Of a stretch of DNA of 64,000 bases, positions 39,874-48,025 are shown piece by piece. The stretch lies in assembly GCA_963775685.1 (NCBI GenBank), contig CAVZJV010000014.1:1-64000 (forward strand). Reading direction: 5' to 3'. Source of the stretch: Candidatus Bathyarchaeota archaeon (GTDB lineage Archaea; Thermoproteota; Bathyarchaeia; Bathyarchaeales; Bathycorpusculaceae). Below the pieces are notes generated by a model that had not been told where the DNA came from, did not search any database, and worked only from the letters and a program-made list of their open reading frames with translations. The position numbers and the translations under genes were made by a program. Position 1 is the stretch's first letter, and the number at the start of each line of letters is the position of its first letter.

Positions 39874-40109
39874 CGGAGCGACATAAGGTTTGCCCCTTAG
39901 CCGCAGCCCATCCTCAACAGGAAAACAGCGATTGCCTAGGCGAAGCGTGCGCATGTCACGTAAAAATGCAAAAGCCCCGCTTAATGCAGACAGGCAATAC
40001 CAGCATTGTTGATCCAGAGAGTTTCTATCGCTATGTCGGATGCGGACTGGTAGCACACATTCCTTGGGAACTTGTCAACTTCGAAAAGATTCCAGAACTA
40101 AACAAGTAA
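39870..40109 (+). CDS. small Cys-rich protein
   Basis: VCPL...CLGEACAC...GCGL; ATGA overlap. Confidence 0.65.
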   Translation: MTERHKVCPLAAAHPQQENSDCLGEACACHVKMQKPRLMQTGNTSIVDPESFYRYVGCGLVAHIPWELVNFEKIPELNK

Positions 40110-40153
40110 ACTAACCAATCACAAGAAACTGAAATAACAAAGGGTGGGAGGGA

Positions 40154-41423
40154 ATGGTTGGATATTCAGGCGGGGTTAAGTCTTCTGACGTTTTTGGCAC
40201 CTTCTCCAGCATGCCCGCTTGTGGATCCACGCTTCAAGAAAGCATCCCCCTAAACCCACCTTGCCCTCAATGTAACTCAAAACGGCTATGGCGAGACTCC
40301 AAACGTTACACAGCCGCAGGAGACGAAATACAAAGATGGCTCTGCCGAGACTGTGGCTTACGTTTTAGCGATCCAATGGACCTCAAAAACTCATGGACCA
40401 ATAAGGAAAGGGCGCATCGGACCAATCAACCCAATGAATTAAAAACGGCACAGGGAATACTATATCTCAAGCCAAATATGCGCAATCGAGACGAAAAATT
40501 TGGATGCAGAACAACAGACCACTGGAGTTCTGCGGAGCAACAATCAAGCAGACATCAAAGGCAAAATCATTGAACACGCTTTCTGGATGCAAAAAGAAGG
40601 ATACGCCGAAGCAACAATCTCACGCCGCATACGGTTCCTAAAAACAATGATGAACAAAGGAGCCAACCTAGCAGACCCCGAATCACTCAAAGAAATGATA
40701 GCCAGACAACAAAACTGGCAAGTCAAAACAAAAGACATCGCCGTCGAAACATACAGCCTCTTCCTAAAAATGCAAGGCTTAACCTGGAACCCACCAAAAT
40801 TCAAAAGCGTCAAAAAACTGCCATTTATCCCAACAGAGCAAGAAATCAACAGCCTAATCGCCGGCAGCAACAGAAAAACCGCAACCTTCCTACAGCTACT
40901 CAAAGAAACAGGAATGCGATGCGGAGAAGCCTTCATGCTCAAATGGACCGACTTCAACTTCGAAAACAGAACCGTCGACATAACCCCCGAAAAAGGCAGC
41001 GAACCAAGACAACTACCAATCTCAAATCAGCTAATAGCAATGCTAAACAGCCTACCAAGAGACCACGAACAACCCTACGGATGCAGCGAAAGACATTTCG
41101 CAAGAGCCTTCCGCCTACAAAGAAGCAGAATAGCATTCAACCTCAAAAACGACCGCTTAAAAAAAATCCACTTCCACACCCTACGCCACTGGAAAGCCAC
41201 CACTGAATACGCCAAAACCAAAGACATCTTACACGTCATGAAAATACTCGGCCACAGAAACATCCAAAACACCTTACTCTACACACAGCTCATAACTTTC
41301 AAAAACGACGAATTCCACACCGCAACCGCCAAAACCGTAGAAGACGCACAAAAACTCGTTGAAGCAGGATTTGAATACGTATGCGACTTTGGAGAAGTAA
41401 AACTATTCAGGAAGCGAAAGTAA
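40154..41423 (+). CDS. tyrosine integrase with N-terminal Zn ribbon, split by a +1 indel near 40463
   Basis: CPQC...QRWLCRDCGLRFS; ETGMRCGEA, HTLRH, LGHRNIQNTLLY. Confidence 0.9.
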
Positions 41424-41473
41424 AATGACTAAAAAATCGAACAAAATCATCGCCAATGGGGCCACTGGAAATG

Positions 41474-41552
41474 TGGTGAGGCCGCTGGGATTTGAACCCA
41501 GGATCGCATACGCCCCAGGCATGTATCCTGAACCATGCTAGACGACGGCCCC
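41474..41552 (-). tRNA. tRNA-Pro(GGG), CCA encoded
   Basis: GGGGCCG...CATGC-CTGGGGC-GTATG...CTGGG-TTCAAAT-CCCAG-CGGCCTC-ACCA cloverleaf. Confidence 0.95.
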
Positions 41553-41568
41553 ATGTCCATGCTTTTTC

Positions 41569-41584
41569 GCTAGATGACGGTCCT
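41569..41584 (-). repeat. degenerate copy of the tRNA 5' end
   Basis: gctagatgacggtcct versus gctagacgacggcccc (41537-41552), 13/16. Confidence 0.55.
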
Positions 41585-41632
41585 ACTATCTTCGTGGAGA
41601 TGCTGCGACCGCATTGAATTATTGCCCGTTGT

Positions 41633-42940
41633 TTATTTAGCTTTTCTGAAATAGTGGACGCCTCCATCGTTGATATTAAGCACTGGATCATAACCTTTTT
41701 GCAGTAGCATTCTGATTCTCGGTTTGTCATTGTCGTCGGCTTCTTGCACGTCAAATTCTTGATTGTTACCAAAGTAATCGACGCTTAATCTGGCGTATAA
41801 TCCGACGTAACTTAGCGACGTGTGGCCTAACAGGTATTGAACGCTGTCTGGGTTGCCTTTTTTGTGTCTTTCCTCGGTTGCTCGCCAGTATCGGCAGGTG
41901 TAAAAGTGTATTTTGCGAAGTTCTTGGTTGCCTGTCTTTGCGATTGCTCGTTTGCGCATTCTTCGGAATCCTTTTTCAGCATATTGATATTCTCCGTAGG
42001 AAAACACCAGTTTTCCCTTTCTTGGTAACTGCTGGAGCATGCTAATTAGATCGTCGCTTACTCTGATGGCGCGTGTATTGTTGCCTTTAGCTGGATGATT
42101 GATGGCTATTTTTTTGTTTGCGAAGTCTATGTCGTTCCATTCTATTCTAAGCGCTTCAACGGGTCTGGCAGCTGTATCTTTGAGGGTAAAGCAAAAGCAA
42201 GTCATCTGTTGGCTGAAGCTGTTAAACAGCTGTGCAAGATGCTCAGTTGGTGGTAAGTAAGGGTCTTTTCGTCGGGCACATTTGTATTTAGGCAGTTTAC
42301 AATCGATTTTGCGGTAGTTAAGAAAGCTTTGGTATGCTTTTGCTAAACAGTATTTGTGGGTTTCTGAGAAGCTGCTTAAGGCAAGGGTTTCTTTGAATGA
42401 TTCTGGATTAAAGAGGTTTACTCCATTTGTTGATAGCTGATTTAATGAATGCCGGTAACTTCTGATTGTTCCTTCTGCTTTATTTTCTTTCTTCAGGTGC
42501 CATAGGAAGTCAAGGATTGCGCCGTTTTGGTCCATCTCACTTTTCTGCGGAACTTTTACGATTTGTTGTTCCGCTTCCAAATTTTTCGTCTCCGTAACGC
42601 ATATTTGGCGAGTAAATACTTTGTCTTCGGCGCTTTTTAATGACTTCGTTTCAATCATTTCAACTGTTGCAACAGCTTTCTTAGCCTGCAATAGGTCGTT
42701 AGGGTCTGAAAATCGTAGGCCACATTCTCGGCAGAGCCACCGTTGGATTGATTCACCAAACATTAGGGAACGAGTGCCGTCTCGCCAGACTTTTTTTGAG
42801 CTGCATTGTGGGCATTGGGGGCAGGTGCCGGCAAAGGCTTGGGCAGACTCTGACTTACAAGATTTAGAAACAGCTTTAGTGTCAAATACGTATTCTTCTG
42901 TCGAGATGCCATGACTAGCCTGTCCTTGCCCATCAATCAA
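41633..42940 (-). CDS. tyrosine integrase with N-terminal Zn ribbon (second element)
   Basis: CPQC...QRWLCRECGLRFS; TAARPVEA, HFYTCRY, LGHTSLSYVGLY. Confidence 0.9.
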   Translation of the reverse strand: MIDGQGQASHGISTEEYVFDTKAVSKSCKSESAQAFAGTCPQCPQCSSKKVWRDGTRSLMFGESIQRWLCRECGLRFSDPNDLLQAKKAVATVEMIETKSLKSAEDKVFTRQICVTETKNLEAEQQIVKVPQKSEMDQNGAILDFLWHLKKENKAEGTIRSYRHSLNQLSTNGVNLFNPESFKETLALSSFSETHKYCLAKAYQSFLNYRKIDCKLPKYKCARRKDPYLPPTEHLAQLFNSFSQQMTCFCFTLKDTAARPVEALRIEWNDIDFANKKIAINHPAKGNNTRAIRVSDDLISMLQQLPRKGKLVFSYGEYQYAEKGFRRMRKRAIAKTGNQELRKIHFYTCRYWRATEERHKKGNPDSVQYLLGHTSLSYVGLYARLSVDYFGNNQEFDVQEADDNDKPRIRMLLQKGYDPVLNINDGGVHYFRKAK

Positions 42941-43203
42941 TAGTGCGAAGCCCCCTTTTTGCGAGCTCCATACTTCATATCTGGGTTGTCAATTATCATG
43001 GGCTTAACTTGAACCAAAACAAACGGTTGTCCATCAAGAAAAGTGCCCTCAAACCGATAGCCTTCTTCTAGAAATATAAGGATCCAATCAAGATCAAGCT
43101 CCTCACCAGGAATAGCGATACAATCACCCAAGCCCTCAACGGGCAAAGCAGCGAATTTCTGCTTGAGATAATCAAATGAAATCATAGGCGGCGCCCTCCG
43201 CAC
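42937..43203 (-). CDS. hypothetical protein
   Basis: Overlaps the integrase start. Confidence 0.55.
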   Translation of the reverse strand: MRRAPPMISFDYLKQKFAALPVEGLGDCIAIPGEELDLDWILIFLEEGYRFEGTFLDGQPFVLVQVKPMIIDNPDMKYGARKKGASHY

Positions 43204-43398
43204 TTACCTTCATAACTTAATGAACAAACGAGCAAACAAACAAGCCCAAGAGGTGAGGTGTTCTTGTTTAGGAAGCTTTTTGAATTGGGGAGAGGGGTTT
43301 CAAAAACTGTCAGAAGGCCTCTATCATGGTGCCTAAACTTGCGAACCTTTCTGAATGCAAAACTTAATGCAAGCTTTTTCCCCAAGAACACTTGCCTC

Positions 43399-43554
43399 TT
43401 AGGTTGGTGAGGGTTGGTATTTTTCTGAGAGTCTTCGTAGTGCGTCTTTTAGGACGTCGGCTCTGCTTGAGTAGCCGTGGGTTCCGACTAGTGGGTCGAG
43501 TACTTCGTTGACTATGTTGCTGGGTAGTTTTATGGTGACGTATTCGTGTGTCAT
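43399..43554 (-). CDS. small RHH regulator (51 aa, MTHEYVTIKLPSN...SSRADVLKDALRRL)
   Basis: Translated by hand; AGGTGA RBS; below the ORF-track size cutoff. Confidence 0.8.
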   Translation of the reverse strand: MTHEYVTIKLPSNIVNEVLDPLVGTHGYSSRADVLKDALRRLSEKYQPSPT

Positions 43555-43705
43555 TTATTCACCTATTATTAATTGGTTCATATCGACTATATTGAATTTA
43601 AGGTTTTATTGTAGCCTATTAGTAATCTATGGCGTCTTGATATGTGATAAATTGCCAAAAATACTTAAACAAGCACGTTACTAATACATTACTAAAGGGT
43701 AAAAA

Positions 43706-44098
43706 TTGCCAAGAAAAATAGAAAAAGAACCAACCGAAGGCGACTACACAACCATAAAACTTCCAAACGACCTAGTCTGCTCCATGGACAAATTAATCGG
43801 CACCTACGGCTTTAAGAGCCGCGCAGAAATCGTAAAAGAAGCCCTCCGCGAACTATTAAACAAATACAAACCCCCCCTGCCACGCTATGACCACTTCAAC
43901 ATGGGAGTGCATGGCGTGCGAATCACCGATCGGCAGCTCCACCGAATAGCCGACATCCGCTTTAGGCCAGAGGGAATCTATTGCGAATTAGACGAGAGTG
44001 AGACCTGTGGACACATAGAATTTGCCTTAACGGTTCCGGAAATCAAAGAAATAATCCGCAACAAAAGAAAAGAAGGCTGGAAACTCCCAGACATCTAA
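43706..44098 (+). CDS. RHH regulator with C-terminal Cys/His domain
   Basis: YTTIKLPNDL...SRAEIVKEALRELL; CELD...CGHI. Confidence 0.85.
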   Translation: MPRKIEKEPTEGDYTTIKLPNDLVCSMDKLIGTYGFKSRAEIVKEALRELLNKYKPPLPRYDHFNMGVHGVRITDRQLHRIADIRFRPEGIYCELDESETCGHIEFALTVPEIKEIIRNKRKEGWKLPDI

Positions 44099-44153
44099 GA
44101 TCTTATATAAACCCCTGACCTTTCGAAGTTTCATATTTTTTCAATTGGCAAAA

Positions 44154-44471
44154 TCATTGGTAGACGTTTTTCCTTGGACCTATAGCTATAGCATAGACAC
44201 CTTTGTCTTCCTCAGAAACGGTATATATTAATCGTAGTTTTCCAACACGCAGACTAAAGTTCTCTTTCAAGTCTCCGTGAAGCTTCTTTCCAGCATACGC
44301 ATCCTCTTCTAAACTAATCAAGCACGCTCGAACGTTTATTTTGTCTTTTCCCTCTAACTTTTTGTAGAAACGCTCAGTTTGCCTTGATAAAACAACCTTG
44401 TACTTAGGCTTCAACGTGCTCTTCCTTAAGAAGGGAACGCAAATCCTTGACTCTTCCAGCCTTAATGTCAT
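44154..44471 (-). CDS. RelE/ParE family toxin (true start probably about 44414)
   Basis: YKVVLSRQ...KKLHGDLK..FSLRVGKLRLIY...IGPRKNVY. Confidence 0.88.
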   Translation of the reverse strand: MTLRLEESRICVPFLRKSTLKPKYKVVLSRQTERFYKKLEGKDKINVRACLISLEEDAYAGKKLHGDLKENFSLRVGKLRLIYTVSEEDKGVYAIAIGPRKNVYQ

Positions 44472-44637
44472 CTTGACCTTGCTTGATAGCTTTCATCATT
44501 TCTGGATCACTTAAAACATCGATGGTTTCCATAAGTTCACTCATCAGCTTAGTAGCTTCATCTAGCTTTTGTTTGGTTTCAAAAAGAAGTTTACGGTCTT
44601 CTTCATCTAAATACGCAGTTTTAGCCATCAAACCCAC
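44404..44637 (-). CDS. RelB-like antitoxin
   Basis: ETIDVLSDPEMMKAIKQGQDDIKAGR; upstream of and overlapping the toxin. Confidence 0.8.
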   Translation of the reverse strand: MGLMAKTAYLDEEDRKLLFETKQKLDEATKLMSELMETIDVLSDPEMMKAIKQGQDDIKAGRVKDLRSLLKEEHVEA

Positions 44638-44798
44638 CGAACTAGTGAAATAATATTGATGCAGATGGCACTAATAAATTTGAACATGCCATTACATAAT
44701 CAGACCAAACTTATGCTCCTTTAAGACAGGTAAACTTTTGTCTACAGCATCATTCCAATAAGCTTAACTATTTTCGCTCTTTTTGTGCATCCGCGTTT

Positions 44799-45233
44799 TT
44801 AATGAAGTTTGTTTTGTCGGATGTTTCCGTTAGCTGACGCAGGTCTTTGATTGTTGGATGCGGGATGAGGGTTTGGTGTAAAAATTATGGTTATGGTTAC
44901 GGTTACGTTTTCTTTGGCGTTCCAGTCGAAGTCTTTGTCGGTATAGGTTTTATCTTTTTTTTGGTAGGCTGTGTCCAGTCTTTTTACGAGACGTTTTAGC
45001 TCTCTTTTATCCTTATCTAAATAGAAGAGTTCAATGATTTCATCTCTTCTTTTCTTCTCTTGAAAGGGACAATTTGTAAGACGTGTAAATATGTATTCTT
45101 TAATTTCTGTGCATTCGTCACACAAACTAATTTCACTTTTATGGTGGTCTTTACAATATATGGTCACCATGTATGCTACCGATTTTTTCTCTCGGTCCAA
45201 CATTTTATTGTAGGTTGACCGTGGTTGCGTCAT
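44799..45233 (-). pseudogene. chimera: YgbA-like (nitrous oxide-stimulated promoter family) N-terminus fused to unrelated sequence
   Basis: REKKSV..MV.IYCKDHH...LCDEC...RL..CPFQEKK, then loses the expected Cys motifs. Confidence 0.6.
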
Positions 45234-45243
45234 CGTAAGAGTC

Positions 45244-46143
45244 CTATTGAGTGATTGCTTTTTTGGTCTTGGATCTCAACTTGATTATTGCTATGCCCAG
45301 GATTGGAAGGGTTATCATCCAGAAATCAGTTAAATACAAAAAAGAACTGTACACTGGAACCCAAATTGAAACCAAATCATAAATAATAAAATAACTTCCA
45401 AACAAAATTAAGGCAGTACCAACTAAGCATTTGTTCATTTTTTTCTTTTGGTAAAAAGTATAGCAAGCGACCGCTGTCAGTATTCCTGCAACCAGCAGAG
45501 TTAACATGGCATTTGCAGCCCCCACTGTACTCATTAATGTAGCTTGTTTGGGTCCTAACGGTAAAAGCGCATCCAGCCACAAAAACAAATACTTCAACCA
45601 AAATCCAAAAACAAATAAAAGCGCAGCAATAGCTATCCATTTTAAAATTGAAGCATGCTTCTGGGGTTTTCTAAGATTATGACTGAGTATCAGAAAAGGC
45701 GGTACAATGAGCAGTGCTTGTAGCAGAAATGAAAGCCCAACGTACATATCAACGTAAGTCCATGAAAGAACGACCCCTAAAAGATGATGGATACCAGATG
45801 GAATTAGCAGGATAAAAAAAAGTGCCTCAAAAAGAAAAGCTTTGCCAAGTCTGTCACGATATTTTTCGTCATTTTTTGTGAATAGGACGATGGATTGAAT
45901 AGCAAATACGGAACCAATTAGCGCCAGAAAATAGCCAACTGAGGCGCCATACTCCTGGACAAGTAGAACTCCAAATTCCAGAGTGTCTCCCCCTCCAAAC
46001 AAAGTAGTGCCCGCTGCGAACCATGTATTGATATTGATTGTAAGATGGTAAATCCAAAATACGCTATATGCTGTCCAATAGATACTGTATGCCAAAAAAG
46101 AAATAGCAATAAGGAATAGAGAAGTCTTTAGATAAATTGGCAA
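45244..46143 (-). CDS. multipass membrane protein
   Basis: About 8 TM helices; resembles 46873. Confidence 0.85.
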   Translation of the reverse strand: MPIYLKTSLFLIAISFLAYSIYWTAYSVFWIYHLTININTWFAAGTTLFGGGDTLEFGVLLVQEYGASVGYFLALIGSVFAIQSIVLFTKNDEKYRDRLGKAFLFEALFFILLIPSGIHHLLGVVLSWTYVDMYVGLSFLLQALLIVPPFLILSHNLRKPQKHASILKWIAIAALLFVFGFWLKYLFLWLDALLPLGPKQATLMSTVGAANAMLTLLVAGILTAVACYTFYQKKKMNKCLVGTALILFGSYFIIYDLVSIWVPVYSSFLYLTDFWMITLPILGIAIIKLRSKTKKAITQ

Positions 46144-46491
46144 ATTTTTCTCAGAATTTATTTCTTATCAGCCTTCGAGGTAGATATCGTCATTTTCATC
46201 AAGCCAATAGGGTTATTTTTGTTTTGAGTGTTGCTCAGGAGATATATCTTTTTGTTACTTGAAAAAATGTCGGGCGATGAGGACCTTGACTCCAACATTT
46301 GTTTTAGCTCTTTTTCTATTAAGTACCCTGCTGAGTTTTGGACATTCATCGAGACTGGTTATCCAAGTCAATGGGAATCGCCTGAGATTTTTAGCAAAAA
46401 ATCAAGGAATACCCTATACGTTCTGCTATCTTAATAACTGTAACCTTGTTTTGCTTTTAGCACCAATATTTTTTGAAAGACTAGAATACCG

Positions 46492-46680
46492 CTAAATGCT
46501 ACTTTTTGTCGAATTATTTTTCTTTGATGAAACTGCAAGGATAATAACAGCAAAAATAAGTATCAAAAGAATAGAACCAAAAACGATAAGCGGGATTTTA
46601 AATGCGGGCTCAGAGTGCAAAACGGTAGTTGAAGGAGTCATAAACATGCCACCCAGGTAAGCTGCTAAGAAAATGCCCAC
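46492..46680 (-). CDS. small membrane protein (may extend upstream)
   Basis: Hydrophobic helices. Confidence 0.45.
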   Translation of the reverse strand: MGIFLAAYLGGMFMTPSTTVLHSEPAFKIPLIVFGSILLILIFAVIILAVSSKKNNSTKSSI

Positions 46681-46872
46681 GAAAACGGCGCCTACACCTT
46701 CAAGAGCAAATAGTAAGGTATGAGTTATCTTATTGGTCTGTTCCAGAGCAAACCCTCATCAAATAATAACAACTAGCTTAAATATTTAAAACTTTAATTC
46801 ACCTCAGGCGATACACCGAAAGTATAATATATCCAACTATCCGATTGTTTTTCAACCAACGGTTGCTTCTAT

Positions 46873-47781
46873 ATGGCAGATAATAAAACAATTACTCCGC
46901 TAAAAGTAGGCTTACTGATAGTTGTTGCCTCATATTTCTTATTCACTTTGCATGCGATGTTTACGCTTCAATGGTGGGGTGAATGGAACATCAGAGGATC
47001 ATTCAACTTTGGCGTATTCATAACGGATATATCGGCTCTCCCTGGGCTCATAGTCCGGTTAATAGGCAGCCTAATTGCTTTTGTCACTGTCTCTCTCGCT
47101 TTAACCAAAAAAACTCTGCCCCAATCCTTGGCCTACAAACTTCTCAAGATAGTTCTAGTCTTGGAAGCTTTCTACTGGATAAGCCTCTTGCCCTCAGGAA
47201 TATGGGGCATCTTGCCAACAGCACAAGGTTTTAGTACAAGCCTTTTAGTGTCGACAGGGCTACCCTGCCTTGTAGGATCTATAGGCATTCCTATTGCCTT
47301 GTTTGTGCTTGTTAGAAATCTGGGAGTAGACAAGCCTCAAAAGGGGGCAATCAAATGGTCGATGATTGCAGGCATATTCTACCTTTTGTCTTTCTGGCTC
47401 AACAATAGTGGTATGTGGACAGTTACGGTTATGCAAAAAGGGTTTGGATACGTCCTTGGTACACCTCAATACTTGCTAAGTTTTTCAGCTACTTTGTTTG
47501 GATTACTTGGCCTTGCAATTTACACAGTCTACTTTGCCAAGAAATCGTTAGAAACCATACAAGTGCATGATCTTCGTATTCGAGCAGTTGGCGCCATCGT
47601 TACCTCATTAGGTATTTACTTTTTATGGAATTATTTAACTTGGATTTTCTTTGGTGGCTGGAACCAATGGTACGCATGGATTCTTGGCCACAACTTGGAT
47701 TTATGGATGCTATCACTTCCGCTAGTTGGGTTACCCCTGCTCTTTGGGAGCAAACCCATTAAACAAACCGCTGAAACCTAA
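46873..47781 (+). CDS. multipass membrane protein
   Basis: About 8 TM helices; EAFYWISLLPSG and DLWMLSLPLVG shared with 45244. Confidence 0.85.
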   Translation: MADNKTITPLKVGLLIVVASYFLFTLHAMFTLQWWGEWNIRGSFNFGVFITDISALPGLIVRLIGSLIAFVTVSLALTKKTLPQSLAYKLLKIVLVLEAFYWISLLPSGIWGILPTAQGFSTSLLVSTGLPCLVGSIGIPIALFVLVRNLGVDKPQKGAIKWSMIAGIFYLLSFWLNNSGMWTVTVMQKGFGYVLGTPQYLLSFSATLFGLLGLAIYTVYFAKKSLETIQVHDLRIRAVGAIVTSLGIYFLWNYLTWIFFGGWNQWYAWILGHNLDLWMLSLPLVGLPLLFGSKPIKQTAET

Positions 47782-48025
47782 GCAGACCATTAATGTTTTT
47801 TAACAAAACGTTGAGCTGGCCTATGAATTCTGAGCCGCCTTTATATTTTAGCGGTCTTGTTTTTCAAGCAGTGTTTTTGTGTTATTCTAGTTAGTTTGGA
47901 GCGTGCTCCGCTAATCTAACAGGATTTATCCATGGGTATTCATCATCTTTGCTGATTTAGCACAAGTCTTATATAATTATTGCAAGAGAATTGAAAACAT
48001 TGAACAGGTACAAATCTTTCAAAGT

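Larger units (their letters stand above)
2966..41496. mobile_element. integrated tailed archaeal provirus, about 38.5 kb
   Basis: att direct repeats, tRNA-adjacent integrase, and terminase-portal-protease-MCP-neck-tail gene order. Confidence 0.9.

Noticed and set aside
40154-41423. SSV-type integrase split by integration, or an IS1 transposase
   Set aside because: The att site lies outside the gene; the catalytic domain is a tyrosine recombinase, not DDE; no terminal inverted repeats
40544-41772. Antisense and alternative-frame ORFs over the integrases and tRNA (and similar shadow ORFs elsewhere)
   Set aside because: They overlap well-supported genes and arise from strong A/C codon bias
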